NCBI GenBank assembly: GCA_010015805.1 | Contig: ML978134.1 | Span: 434,001 to 498,000 of the forward strand | Origin: Rhizodiscina lignyota | Taxonomy: Eukaryota | DNA: 64,000 nt | Direction: 5' to 3' | In this document: piece after piece, positions 24,051 through 35,078 of the stretch | How positions within the stretch are numbered: the stretch's first letter is position 1 | Layout of the letters: every line of letters starts with the position of its first letter | Notes under the pieces: generated by a model | What the model was told of the DNA's origin: nothing | Database searches by the model: none | Seen by the model: the letters and a program-made list of their open reading frames with translations, nothing else | Program-made: the position numbers and the translations under genes

Positions 24051-24821
24051 TCAGTTCTCAATGTGACCATACGAGAGGGCAATGTTCTTCCACTTATCCC
24101 TCTCCTCCTCCAGCTCCGCAATCTTAATCTCCAAGGTCTGTACGTGTTCGAGCTTGCGCTGACGAGAGTCACGAGCAGCAAGCGTGTTGCGAGCTCGCTT
24201 GTATGCCACCTTGTCGTGGGGGTCAAGTTCAATGCTTGGCAGAGGACCCTTGCGACGACGAGGCTTGGTAACAGAGACAGACGAGTGTCGTGCAGATGGA
24301 GGGGTTTCAGTCAAAGACTTCCGGTGCTGTGCAGCGGTGAGCGCCGGAGAAGCGCTGGAACTGTTGCTGGATGTTCGGATAGAGTGATCGCTGATGGTGC
24401 GCTGGATAGGATCAGGCACCACAGACGTCTCATTGGCAGAGTCTGGGAACAGCGAGAACCAGTTGTCATTGCTGGTGGTGTTGAAGTCGCCCTCAGTCAT
24501 GAAAGCTGGGGACGTCTGGTAGCTGTCCGTGCCAAACGGAGACGCGCCGATATCCGGGGAAGTCAAGTTGGTGAAGGCAGTGGAAGGAGGTGCAGAATCG
24601 TTCAACAGATCCTTCGGCGAGATGGTCTGAGTCGATGTCGAGGCCGGCGCGCCGTTGATAGCGGTGAAGTTTGCGTTGGCCGACATGTCGAAGTCAAAGC
24701 TCAGGGTGCTGAGGTCTCCCCCAGCACCCGAGGTGAAGTCGTCGAAGAGATCAATGTCTGCACGTCGGTGATTAGATGAGATGAAACAAGTATGAAGACG
24801 GTGAGGGACAGTACCAGCCAT
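24051..24821 (-). CDS. cpc-1: Cross-pathway control bZIP transcription factor (Gcn4/CpcA/CPC-1); intron 24758-24814
   Basis: TISPKDLL, SAPPSTAFTNLTSP, WFSLFP, KRARNTLAARDSRQRK and leucine zipper; two uORFs in the leader. Confidence 0.96.
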   Translation of the reverse strand: MAGTVPHRLHTCFISSNHRRADIDLFDDFTSGAGGDLSTLSFDFDMSANANFTAINGAPASTSTQTISPKDLLNDSAPPSTAFTNLTSPDIGASPFGTDSYQTSPAFMTEGDFNTTSNDNWFSLFPDSANETSVVPDPIQRTISDHSIRTSSNSSSASPALTAAQHRKSLTETPPSARHSSVSVTKPRRRKGPLPSIELDPHDKVAYKRARNTLAARDSRQRKLEHVQTLEIKIAELEEERDKWKNIALSYGHIEN

Positions 24822-24942
24822 GTTGCTGCCTTGCTGCTGGTTGAACAATGGAACGGGTGGACGAGTATTTCCTGGTCGAGGAGCTTGCCGATGTATGCGT
24901 GTAGACAGATTGGCCGCCGCGATGGCGTGCTGCTGGCTCACG

Positions 24943-25110
24943 TTAAACGTAGGACGTTGAGGTGGCGCGCTCTGCCGACGAGGTTGCTGGAATGCCTCGT
25001 TCTGTCGGTCGAAGAGTACGAAGTCCCCTTGCGGGAAGTGCTGATTCACTGTATGCAAACGCTGATTCGAATGGGACGCCGAAGCGGACTGTGTTGGAGA
25101 GGGGAGCCAT
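24943..25110 (-). promoter_or_regulatory. cpc-1 uORF2 (55 codons)
   Basis: ATG GCT CCC...TAC GTT TAA; out of frame with the main CDS; no other ATG between it and the main start. Confidence 0.9.
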
Positions 25111-25256
25111 GTTGGTGGTTGAGAAGCCGTGGTGAACGACGTAAAGTCGAAAATGTTGGTTGAGGAACTGAAGGACCGCGATGCGATGCTTGAGTTCACA
25201 GGTCCTACGAGAGGAGGCTGTGAAGGGTGGGTTGGTTGAGTGGGGTGGTTATTAAC

Positions 25257-25263
25257 TGAGTCA
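25257..25263. promoter_or_regulatory. Gcn4/CPC response element (TGACTCA) in the cpc-1 leader
   Basis: Exact TGAGTCA on + (TGACTCA on -). Confidence 0.5.
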
Positions 25264-25316
25264 CTGAAGGACTGAATTTTGCCTGCTAGAGACAAAGGGT
25301 CGCTATGCGAAGAAGA

Positions 25317-25331
25317 TCAGAAGACAGCCAT
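25317..25331 (-). promoter_or_regulatory. cpc-1 uORF1 (MAVF*)
   Basis: ATG GCT GTC TTC TGA, a short first uORF as in other cpc-1/cpcA leaders. Confidence 0.9.
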
Positions 25332-25465
25332 GCCTGTGACTGTCCTGGATGTTGTGAGTTGTGGTTAGCGGAGTGGATGGAGGAAGAAAAGAAGAGAAGT
25401 CAGGCTGCGACGGTTGGTAGCCTGAGTATAAGTAGTAAGCGTGAGAAATTCGCTGCGCTGGAGTG

Positions 25466-25472
25466 TGAGTCA
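25466..25472. promoter_or_regulatory. Gcn4/CPC response element (TGACTCA) in the cpc-1 promoter
   Basis: Exact TGAGTCA on +, ~135 bp upstream of uORF1. Confidence 0.65.
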
Positions 25473-27855
25473 CAGTCGAGGGAATGGCGCTAAAGCATGC
25501 ACAGGCCACGACAGGACCCGCAGGCCTGATCGCGAGTACGAGTACTTTAAAAGCTTCGTCGCCCAACGCGCAACACCGCTTCCACGCGAGCCGCGTGCTA
25601 TCGTCGACTGCCTGCGTGCGCGCTCGCGCTTTTCCCGTCTGTTTGCGACGCTTCTTCGTTGCGCAACTCGACTTCGAAATCACCGTGGCTGCCTTGGGTG
25701 CGGCCTTACGGTGTCCTCTTGCGTGCTAGCGTCCACCCACAGCACCAATCCATGCCGTCCGCTGCTGCTCCGCCCTGAACCTGCGAGCGGCTTGCAGGCA
25801 CTGCCGTTTGATCATCTGAAGCCGCCTCTCCCTGCTGTGTGGAAGGGCGCACCGGCGCAGAGGCCGATACGAGGCCGCGCGACGGGAGAATTAGGACACC
25901 TCTCCCCACGACGTGAGCCATGCGGAGTTCGATAGTGTGCGGTGTGTCGGAATGCGCTCATCGTCCTTCATTTCTCGCTCTCTACCGCACAGCAACTTCG
26001 CTTCTGCTGCTGTTTCGGGCGAAGCAAGGCAGACTACCACACTTGGCAAATGCGGAAACCCACCGTTCCATTGCAGCGAGAGGCTGCCGTGTCCTGGCTG
26101 TGGCCAATAAGCACCCTGATTCCTCAACGCTTTGCTTTGTGAAGATGGCGAACTCACGATTATCTGATTTCCCCATCTCGACCTTTCTGATTATGTACGC
26201 ATGCATTTCTCCACCCTCTGCACTCTCTCCCCTTGGCACTCCGCTTTTCAGTTTCAAGCAGAAAGAATTCGAACAGGTCACTCGCATTGCACTCTGCGAG
26301 TGCGAAGAAGCCATCTTCGATCTGAGATCCAATGGCCGCTTACGTATCTAATCTCCTCCCCCTCATAAAATGCCTCACATCGCGTCTGCGATATCGCCGG
26401 TAACCTCCGGCTCGGAGTTCAGATATTCGCAGATCGCCAACTCTAACCTTTGTAGGCGCGTCCTGTTCGCTCACTTAATCTCTGAACCTTGTCGCAGCTA
26501 GGTCAAATGTCGGGCACACATCTCTTCGTCACGACGACGCGTGGTCTTGTGATCGTGAAGAGTCCTGCGTGTGCTTCCGACGCGTTCGGCAGCTCCGCGA
26601 GCCTGTGACGCGCTGCAGAAAGTTAAATCAAGTTATCGACTGCATTCCAGCCGTTATGCAATCGTCGTGCATGCTGCGGGTTTTGGCATGTCGTTAAGCT
26701 CGCCTATAGCGATGGCAGCTTATTGGAACGCGCGCTATTTCGAGCTGGACAGAATACGAAATACGCCGTAGTCCATGTCACCGGTCAGCCCGGAAAAGAA
26801 GAAACGATGCCGCCCCTGGCCGCAATAATGCGTTGCAAGGCGCCAGGGCGTGCATCTGTCGAACGAAGGCATTCTGCTAGAGAGAATCGAGCAACTACAT
26901 GCCATGCTTAGAAATACGCAGTGGTACAAAGTCAAGGTATCTTTTACCAACCACAGTCGTCCTGCCAAGTGGGAGATCACATCTCATTCGCATGCCGATC
27001 TCCACACTGTGGGATAACCGAGACGGGAACTCTGCCAAGATTTCGACACGTGAGAAAAACATCGGCCCGAGACCTGTGAACCTTGAATGGCTCCGAATCG
27101 GGCCGTTCCATCAAACTCAACATGCCGCGTGCAAGAGTCCAATCCGTGGATGGCCTAAATTTCGCTGCATATTTTCACAATGTCGAAGGAATGTTTCTTC
27201 GGCTTAAATTGGCTCCCAGTTTGCAATGGGAAGAGCTATCGTCATTGCACCTTTATCAGTGAAGAACTTCCAATTACCAGCGACAGGACCCCCAGTTGGC
27301 TTTCTGATACTACAACAGATTTTATCAATTCTTTCATCTTCTAGTATGGAATGTCTAAACTGACACGTGGTCAGATGATCTAAAAGCTGCTAAATTTCTG
27401 TTTTCACTGCACCTAACTGGACCGCGATGAGCACTTCATCGAAGCTGTTGTCATTGTATGGCTGTTTCGCTTTTCAAGCTAGATTTAATACAGCCATTGG
27501 AAGGGCACTATAACCTCCTCGATTTAAGTGGAGAACGGTTTGAAATGATGTATTGGGAAGAGTCAAATACATATGGGTAAGGGAGAAGAAACCGCTTAGT
27601 TGGCAAGGAAAGGGATCTCCGTAATATGAGTAAAGATACAAGATAGCAAGACACAACTCTATGGCATGACTGCTTCATGTAGCTTCAATTGCTTTCCAAT
27701 GCGTCCCGAAATTTCAATCCAAGTTTGCGGACTATGTAAATGCCAAGCTTGTGCACATGATATCAGAGCACGGACCAATTGGAGCTCTTGATCTTCAATG
27801 ATGATGCGCGATCAATTTTGCCGCCTCACAAATACAATTTTACATCACCGCAGTC

Positions 27856-28426
27856 ATGTCATCACAGTCGCCAGAAGGTGGACAACAAGGCGGTAAGTTG
27901 CTTAGTTCGCGTCTATCCAGAATCAGACGATTCCGCGCCTCTGAAACTCACTGACGCTGGACTAGTAAAGCTTTCCTCTCTCTCTGTCGAGCAGCTCTCG
28001 CAGGTCAAGAAATCGCTCGACGACGAAATACAGCACTTGACGCAATCTTTCCAATCGCTTCGCCTCGCCCAATCCAAATTCCGCGACTGCCTGAAATCCC
28101 TATCCGCAGGCCTCTCCCCAAAGCTGGCTGATCGCTCTATCCTAGTGCCCCTCACGAGCTCCTTGTACGTACCGGGCAATCTCGCGGATACGGAGAGGGT
28201 GATTGTCGATGTCGGCACAGGATTCTACGTTGAGAAGAGCATAAAGGACGCGGAGAAGTTCTACGACCGGAAGGTGCAGGATCTGGACGCGAAGCTGATT
28301 GATCTGGAGAAGGTTATTCAGAGTAAAGGCCAGAGTTTGGCGGTCGTAGAGGATGAGATTAGGCGGAAGGTGGTCTCGCAGAATGCTGGAGAGGGTAGTG
28401 CTGCTGCTGCCAGTGCAGGGACATGA
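27856..28426 (+). CDS. gim5: Prefoldin subunit 5 (alpha); intron 27893-27965
   Basis: ILVPLTSSLYVPG and VIVDVGTGFYVEK prefoldin alpha motifs. Confidence 0.93.
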
Positions 28427-28799
28427 TGAAGCGGAGACTTGATGCGATTGGGGTTTCCTCCAGCAAGCTCCAGCGCTACCGGAACGGGCACGTGGTTTGC
28501 TTGCAGAAGCTTTCGAGCAGAAGTCGCCGGGAATGTTGCTCAGCTCATCCCTAATAGGTCACCACTAGCGACTCTGTGTCAAAGTTCGCTACACCATGTC
28601 GCTGCGGAGAGTATTGTGCGAGCAAGCCGGGATGTTTTCGGGCTTGGTCACGGAGACATTTCACACCAGTTTCGCAGGAGTTGCCGAGAATGGTAGAAGT
28701 ATGCGCGCGAGCTGAAGGAAGTGGAGAAGCCAAAGCAGAGCCAACCCTCGTGTATTAAAAACCATTCGCGGTCCGGCGACTACTATGTCCGAATACCAG

Positions 28800-30171
28800 C
28801 TACCAGGGTATATTATCTATGATCGCCCTCACAGCGACCGCCTGCCTCACGCAGTTCCAGTCTCCTTCTTTCCTTGCCTCATGCATCAAGTGCTTGCCGA
28901 AGATATGATCTTGCAAGCGCATCTTGTCGGGATCAGCGTGCCACATGAGCTGCCTCTGCTCCAGCCGTGACACGGTACCCACGAGACCTGTGGAACCGGT
29001 ACCGTCGTCGTTGCTCACACCATACACCTCCCGTTTAACGACTTTCTTCGCCAGGTCTCGCCATTCTTGCGCATCGAGTTCGATGTCGAACCTCGCAGGG
29101 CAGTCGGGCTTGGCTGTGTGTAGGTGCTGGTTCTCTGGATTGCCGTCACCCAAGTGGAATCGTTTTGTGCCACCGACCTCCTGAACGCGTCGTGCTTCTG
29201 CGTCAATCTCGTCGACTACCAGACGGAACCGCTGCGCAATGTTGAACAACAATGTTGTCACAAGGCTTACGTTGACCATGGCAGAGCTGGCATCTCTAGG
29301 GCAATGCGGACAGTCGATAACGCTGTCTGTAGTCCCGAGCGCCTCTTTGAGAGGACGCAACGCGAATGGAAATTGGAAATTGGACAGTGATTGTAAGTTC
29401 GATAGCGTGAGATACATGCTTGAGAGGCATGCACATGAGAAGTTTGTGAGCTCAGACTGGCCCGGTATCGAGTGGTCTTCTGAGTCTGGAGGTGTGAGGC
29501 TGTTCATGGCTCCTGACGATCCATGCGAAAGAGCTGGAGTATTTGGGAAGAGTTGACTGTGCTGCTTAGCATAAAGCAAGGGCATGTCACGATTCGGCAC
29601 TACAGTACTTACGCAAGCTGAGGATCTAAGGGAATGTTCGCCATATTGTCCATGGTGTCATCTATAGGCCCAGAGTCGTATCCACCGTGGACCGGAATGG
29701 CCATGTCGTATGGACCGGGTGGCGAATGCGAGTGCGGGATGTCAAAATGGTCCATTGCTGCCATATTCATGCTGAAATCCGTTTCGCCCATTCCAGGAGC
29801 CAGATGGATGAGAGGGTCCATGGCTACATCTTTGAACGTGAAGGCAGGACTGGGACTTCGAGGCTGCGGTTCCGGTTGCGCTTGTGGTTGTGGTTGAGGC
29901 TCATCGTCTCGACGCCGTTTTCTCGGCCTTCCCATCTGCTTCTGTGGCGAGTAAACACATTTTATTCCTTCTCTTTCGCATCGGGAGCATTTTGGCTGTT
30001 CTCCTGAGCATTTGAGCTTCCTCGTGCCTGTAGATTATGTCAGTGATGTGTAAGGAGCTAGCCGGTGCGCGCGCCTTGAATCAGGCAGCACATCAACAAA
30101 GCAAGAAACGTACGGCACTCGTCACACGCGGCATGTCGCTTCTCTGTTGAGCTTTTTCTTCCGTCCGCCAT
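28800..30171 (-). CDS. Zn(II)2Cys6 transcription factor; 2 introns
   Basis: Spliced ACDECRTRKLKCSGEQPKCSRCEREGIKCVYSPQKQMGRPRKRRR; CACLSSMYLTL and CPHCP in the C-terminal part. Confidence 0.92.
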
Positions 30172-31087
30172 GGTGGCTTGATGTTAAACTCAAAATTGAA
30201 CTTGCGGAGTTCGCAATACGACAGGGCGGAAGTATATGGCTTTGATCCTTTTGAGATTGATGTCCGATGGCGGGGAGTGGTTCCAGCTGGACATGCCCTT
30301 CCAATTCCGTCCGTACGTTCCAAAAGCTCGTTAGTCAAGCTTGAGGGCCTTACATAAGCCGAAACGCTTGGCAGTCACGAACGGGTTTTCGGGTGAAATC
30401 ATCAATCCGACCGTCGGTATCGTATAAACAAAACCACCAACTACTCTGCCCCCGGGGCGGATGTGAAAAAGTGCAATTTTTAACTCCGCCGTGTAAAGAG
30501 GACGTTGAGATTCACCTACTTTTGGATACCGCGTCTCAGGCATTTGTAATGTGCCGGTGGAGCCTAACTATACTGAGGATGAGTCTAGCCGCTTTGGGAG
30601 AGGTATTGGTGATGGAAGCATGGCAGTGTGTTGGTCCTCATGCCAGATGCCCACATTGTCCAGATCATCTCCAGTATGGAAGCGCCGGACCCACAGCTCA
30701 CCAGAGATGTTTCCATAGCCTCATGCTTGCGCTGAACGAGTCAAGCGAGATATCCGTGATAGGTCCGGTGTTGGTAGTTGTGTGTTACACCGATTAGTGC
30801 GTCCAACCGTCCCGCACATCCCGGAGTGCGGTTTCGAAGGATAGTAGCGGGCTCGGCTAGAGTGGTACTCTAAGTTTGAACGAGATTCCGTGCAATGGCC
30901 GCGCAGCATTTAGCGCGGCATGCTTGGTTAGGGCTTGGAGTCAATTGGAGGTGTTGCTTGCGAGTGCGAAATACGTGACGTTGTCAGTCGGCAGAACCCC
31001 TTCCCGAAAACGCCGGGATATCGTCGCCGACCTCCAAAAATTTCTCTGCAGTGCTGCACTCAAATTCCGCGATTGGCTTGGTCGAAA

Positions 31088-33328
31088 ATGGCACCCACAG
31101 CCCTTGGACAGAAGAGAAAGGCGGTCACTCGAGACGTGACAGAAGAAGATGCAACTGCGCCAGGGGATGTATTCCGAGGGGACCAATTAGACCAAATTCT
31201 GTCTCAAAGCGAGGATGAGGATGACCAAGAGTCCGTCTTTTCGGACGAAGAGGATGAAGAGGAGGAGTCCAAAAATGAAGCTGATGAGGAATCAGAAATT
31301 ACCGATGAATACGGCGACGAAGACACGAGTGATCTGAAACCAAACTACACAGTTGTTCAGGACGCAAATGGCAATCCACGATATATCTACAAGGAGATTG
31401 ATCCTGCCTACGACTCTGAAGATTCCGATGCCGCCGAAGGCAACAACACCATTGGGAACATACCTCTTTCCTTCTACGATTCCTACCCTCATATCGGCTA
31501 TGACATCAATGGCAAAAAGGTCATGCGGCCCGCGAAGGGCGAGGCATTGGATGCGTTGCTGGACAGCATCGAGATACCGAAAGGATGGACGGGTCTCACG
31601 GACCCGGCGACTGGAAAGCCATTGGAGCTTAGCGAGGAGGAGCTGGACGTGCTGAAAAAGATCACGCGGAATGAGGTTCCAGAGGATGGCTATGACCCAT
31701 ATCCAGACATGGTGGAATACTTCTCCAGCAAGACTGAGATCATGCCTCTCAGTGCTGCACCTGAGCCGAAGAGGAGATTTGTTCCATCAAAACATGAAGC
31801 GAAGCGTGTGATGAAGATTGTCAAAGCCATCCGCGAAGGGAGAATACAGCCCTACAGACCTCCTCCTGAAGAAGACGAGGGCGATACTGTCATCAAGCAC
31901 TACGATATTTGGGCGAACGAAGAACCTCGAGCAGATCATGTCATGCACATTCCTGCGCCTAAATTGCCGCCTCCAGGGTATGACGAGAGTTACCATCCGC
32001 CTCCAGAGTATCTGCCAAGCAAGGAAGAGAAGGCAACTTGGGAGAAGGAGGACGAAGAGGACCGAGAGAAAGAGTTCCTTCCAACTGATCACGATGCGTT
32101 GCGCAAAGTTCCTGGATATGAAAAATTTGTCAAAGAGCGGTTCGAGCGATGTTTAGATTTGTATCTTGCACCTCGTGTGCGACGAAGCAAGTTGGATATC
32201 GATCCAGAGTCACTTTTGCCAAAACTGCCAGATCCAGATGAGCTACGACCGTTCCCAACCACTTGTGCAACAATCTTCCGAGGACACGAAGGCCGCGTGC
32301 GCAGTCTCTCTATTGATCCTACGGGCAAGTGGCTAGCTAGCGGGGGTGACGATGGCACAGTGCGTATTTGGGAATTGCTCTCTGGCAAGCAAATTTGGAG
32401 CGTAAAAGTTGCATCTGATGAACCTGCCAATGTTGTGAGATGGCGTCCGAATGCGGAAGCCTACATTCTTGCTGCTGCTGCGGGCGAAGACATCTACTTC
32501 ATCTCTCCAATTTCAATACTTTCCCCCGAGGAGGAAGAGAAGAGTCGAGCTATCCTAGATGTTGGATGGGGCTACGCCGCCTCAAGTGAGACCAACGGCC
32601 AATCGAAGAAGGAGACTCCTGCTAAATGGGCACGTCCTGGTGCTCGACTTGAAGATCAGGGCGCGCTTGTTCGAGTCACGGTCCGCTCAACCATCAAAGT
32701 CATCACATGGCACCGACGAGGAGACTATTTGTCTACCGTCTCCCCGCAAGGCCAGAGCAGCGCGGTTGCAATTCACACACTATCCAAGCACCTTACTCAA
32801 CTTCCATTCCGGCGACTGAAAGGTCTGGCGCAATCTGCTCAGTTCCATCCTTCCAAGCCTGTGTTCTTTGTCGCTACACAGCGTGCAATCCGCAGCTACG
32901 ATTTGCAGAAGCAACAGCTGGTCAAGATCCTCCAACCAGGTGCACGATGGATCTCGTCATTTGACGTGCACGCCGGCGGCGATAACATCATCGTTGGTTC
33001 CTACGATAGACGTCTTCTCTGGCATGACTTGGACCTTTCTACACGACCCTACAAGACACTGCGATATCACAAGAAGGCTATTCGCCAGGTCCAGTTTCAC
33101 CATGGTGGACTCCCGCTCTTTGCAGATGCGAGCGACGACGGAAGTGTTCAGATTTTCCATGGCAAGGTTGTGGGAGATCTGATGGAGAACGCAACGATTG
33201 TACCTCTCAAAGTACTCAAGGGACATACGGTAAAGAGCGAGCTGGGCGTTCTGGACATTGACTGGCACCCGCGGCAACCATGGCTAGTCAGCGCTGGTGC
33301 TGATGGGACTTGTAGACTGTGGAACTGA
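31088..33328 (+). CDS. erb1: Ribosome biogenesis protein Erb1/BOP1 (WD40)
   Basis: [62 protein letters not shown] and C-terminal WD repeats. Confidence 0.97.
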   Translation: MAPTALGQKRKAVTRDVTEEDATAPGDVFRGDQLDQILSQSEDEDDQESVFSDEEDEEEESKNEADEESEITDEYGDEDTSDLKPNYTVVQDANGNPRYIYKEIDPAYDSEDSDAAEGNNTIGNIPLSFYDSYPHIGYDINGKKVMRPAKGEALDALLDSIEIPKGWTGLTDPATGKPLELSEEELDVLKKITRNEVPEDGYDPYPDMVEYFSSKTEIMPLSAAPEPKRRFVPSKHEAKRVMKIVKAIREGRIQPYRPPPEEDEGDTVIKHYDIWANEEPRADHVMHIPAPKLPPPGYDESYHPPPEYLPSKEEKATWEKEDEEDREKEFLPTDHDALRKVPGYEKFVKERFERCLDLYLAPRVRRSKLDIDPESLLPKLPDPDELRPFPTTCATIFRGHEGRVRSLSIDPTGKWLASGGDDGTVRIWELLSGKQIWSVKVASDEPANVVRWRPNAEAYILAAAAGEDIYFISPISILSPEEEEKSRAILDVGWGYAASSETNGQSKKETPAKWARPGARLEDQGALVRVTVRSTIKVITWHRRGDYLSTVSPQGQSSAVAIHTLSKHLTQLPFRRLKGLAQSAQFHPSKPVFFVATQRAIRSYDLQKQQLVKILQPGARWISSFDVHAGGDNIIVGSYDRRLLWHDLDLSTRPYKTLRYHKKAIRQVQFHHGGLPLFADASDDGSVQIFHGKVVGDLMENATIVPLKVLKGHTVKSELGVLDIDWHPRQPWLVSAGADGTCRLWN

Positions 33329-33840
33329 TGATACAAGGCGCTGTTTACTTTTGGCATGGCTTAGCAGAGATTGCAAATAGATCGGTGATACCCGTCAACC
33401 TGCGTCGTTACTCTCGCTTCGCCTGCTTCATATTGTCTCCGGCCGAATTTTCGGAGCTATTTTGCTTCTGGCGGTTGAACGACTGACCCCAAATCAGCCG
33501 AAATGGGTGACCTATTCTCGGCGTTAGATATATGGCCCTTCGCCACGTTGAATTAAGATCTTGTTCATAATAGGTAAATGCGCAATGACCTGACGTTGTA
33601 ATAACGTTAAGTTCTCACTTCACCGCAAGCCACCCCGTGTCTCATGATGCTTGTTCCCACCAATCCTGAATCCTCCAAACCGCAATTTTGGTCGATTGTA
33701 AGCACCATTCCACTTTCAGACGGATGTACCCCTACATCTGGAAGCCATAGTAAGCATCTCGTGCCTGCATAATCCTTTGCAAGCGACAACATGGCTTTTG
33801 GGTTGGCCATTTCGGCGATGTCGACATAGCATAGGTTTGG

Positions 33841-33867
33841 TTTCCGATTTCCGATTTCCGATTTCGA
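33841..33867. repeat. Short tandem repeat (TTTCCGA)x3 plus a degenerate copy
   Basis: tttccga tttccga tttccga tttcga. Confidence 0.8.
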
Positions 33868-35078
33868 AAAACCAAATCGTTTAGGGATCTCGGGCCGCTT
33901 ACAAATTCCCCCACACATACTATATCCATAAGGCTGAAGGGCGTGAATATGGTCACATATGTCATGGATTGATTCCAAATTGAGATATTCGGATAATCCG
34001 CGATAGCCGAATAGGTGAACCGAAAAGAGCTTCTCCGAGAGCCCTCGGCATACGACAGAGGCACACCAAACTGGGTACTGTAGTCAGGACAGTGCACTCT
34101 TCAGGATCCATGCTGCTCCTCTTGTCGGTATGCACAATAGCTTCACCGGAAAAGCTTAGCAGCCGGATCCAGAAAAGCGCCATTTTGTTGAAGTCGGGAA
34201 ATCGCACACGTGCGCTCGACGTTAGCCTTGTGTCCTAGCCCGTGAGACGTGCATATGCCCCCTTAATTCCGCTGGATGATGTTCCCGCTCTTGTCTTTTA
34301 AGGCGTCCAGCAGAAAACCGCATGAAGACACTAATAAACAACGATGTTCCGTTTACTTAGTTCTCTTCGTCTATGTATGGAGTGGCATCAGGCCTCCAAT
34401 CCAGAGTAAGAGAGCCCACCCTTGAGACAGGGGTTGAACGTCAAGTGGGCGACACAAAAGTTGAGTCATGCCTACAATATGTCGAACCGCGACGATGCAT
34501 ACACTCGTTAATCAATACAGATTCTACTCACTGAGTCCAATTATTTTAGATAAATACTATCTGGTGTATATGTCGTCGAGCTTTCAGAGATGCTCTCGCT
34601 AGCGTTGAAGAAGAAACCTCATATATACTGCACGCATCGGTCTCTCCTTGTTCTCGGCATAATCAAGCCTTCAGACCGTAGCCGCTCGGATCTATAAGAT
34701 TGTCAATCGAACTTCAACCCAGCCTAACTTTGGCGTAAGAACGAATTCGCAGAGAAACCCCTAACAGCCAAATCGCTACCGATCCACCATGACGATCTGG
34801 ATACCAACGTGCGAGAGCGCTATTCCAATCCTCTTCCAGTGGCCGGCAGGTACTCAATCTGTAGCAAATGTTCCTTGAGGCAAGTAGCCGGAGAATATTG
34901 ATGGGGAATTTCCTTCTCCCGATACTACGCGTGTCTAGGCGAGAGTCCAATATGCCGGGGCCTCAAATTTCTCTATCCCTCAGCGGCAGTAGTAACACCA
35001 ATTTTCTTGGCATCCACTCAGATCAAAACAGAAACAGAGCTGCTCAATTATTTTCTTTCCTCTTACAAAATACAAAAA

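Noticed and set aside
24036..24779. 247-aa plus-strand ORF
   Set aside because: Antisense to cpc-1 with no recognisable motifs
30935..31087. TTG-initiated N-terminal extension of erb1
   Set aside because: Looks like promoter sequence; a good ATG context exists at 31088
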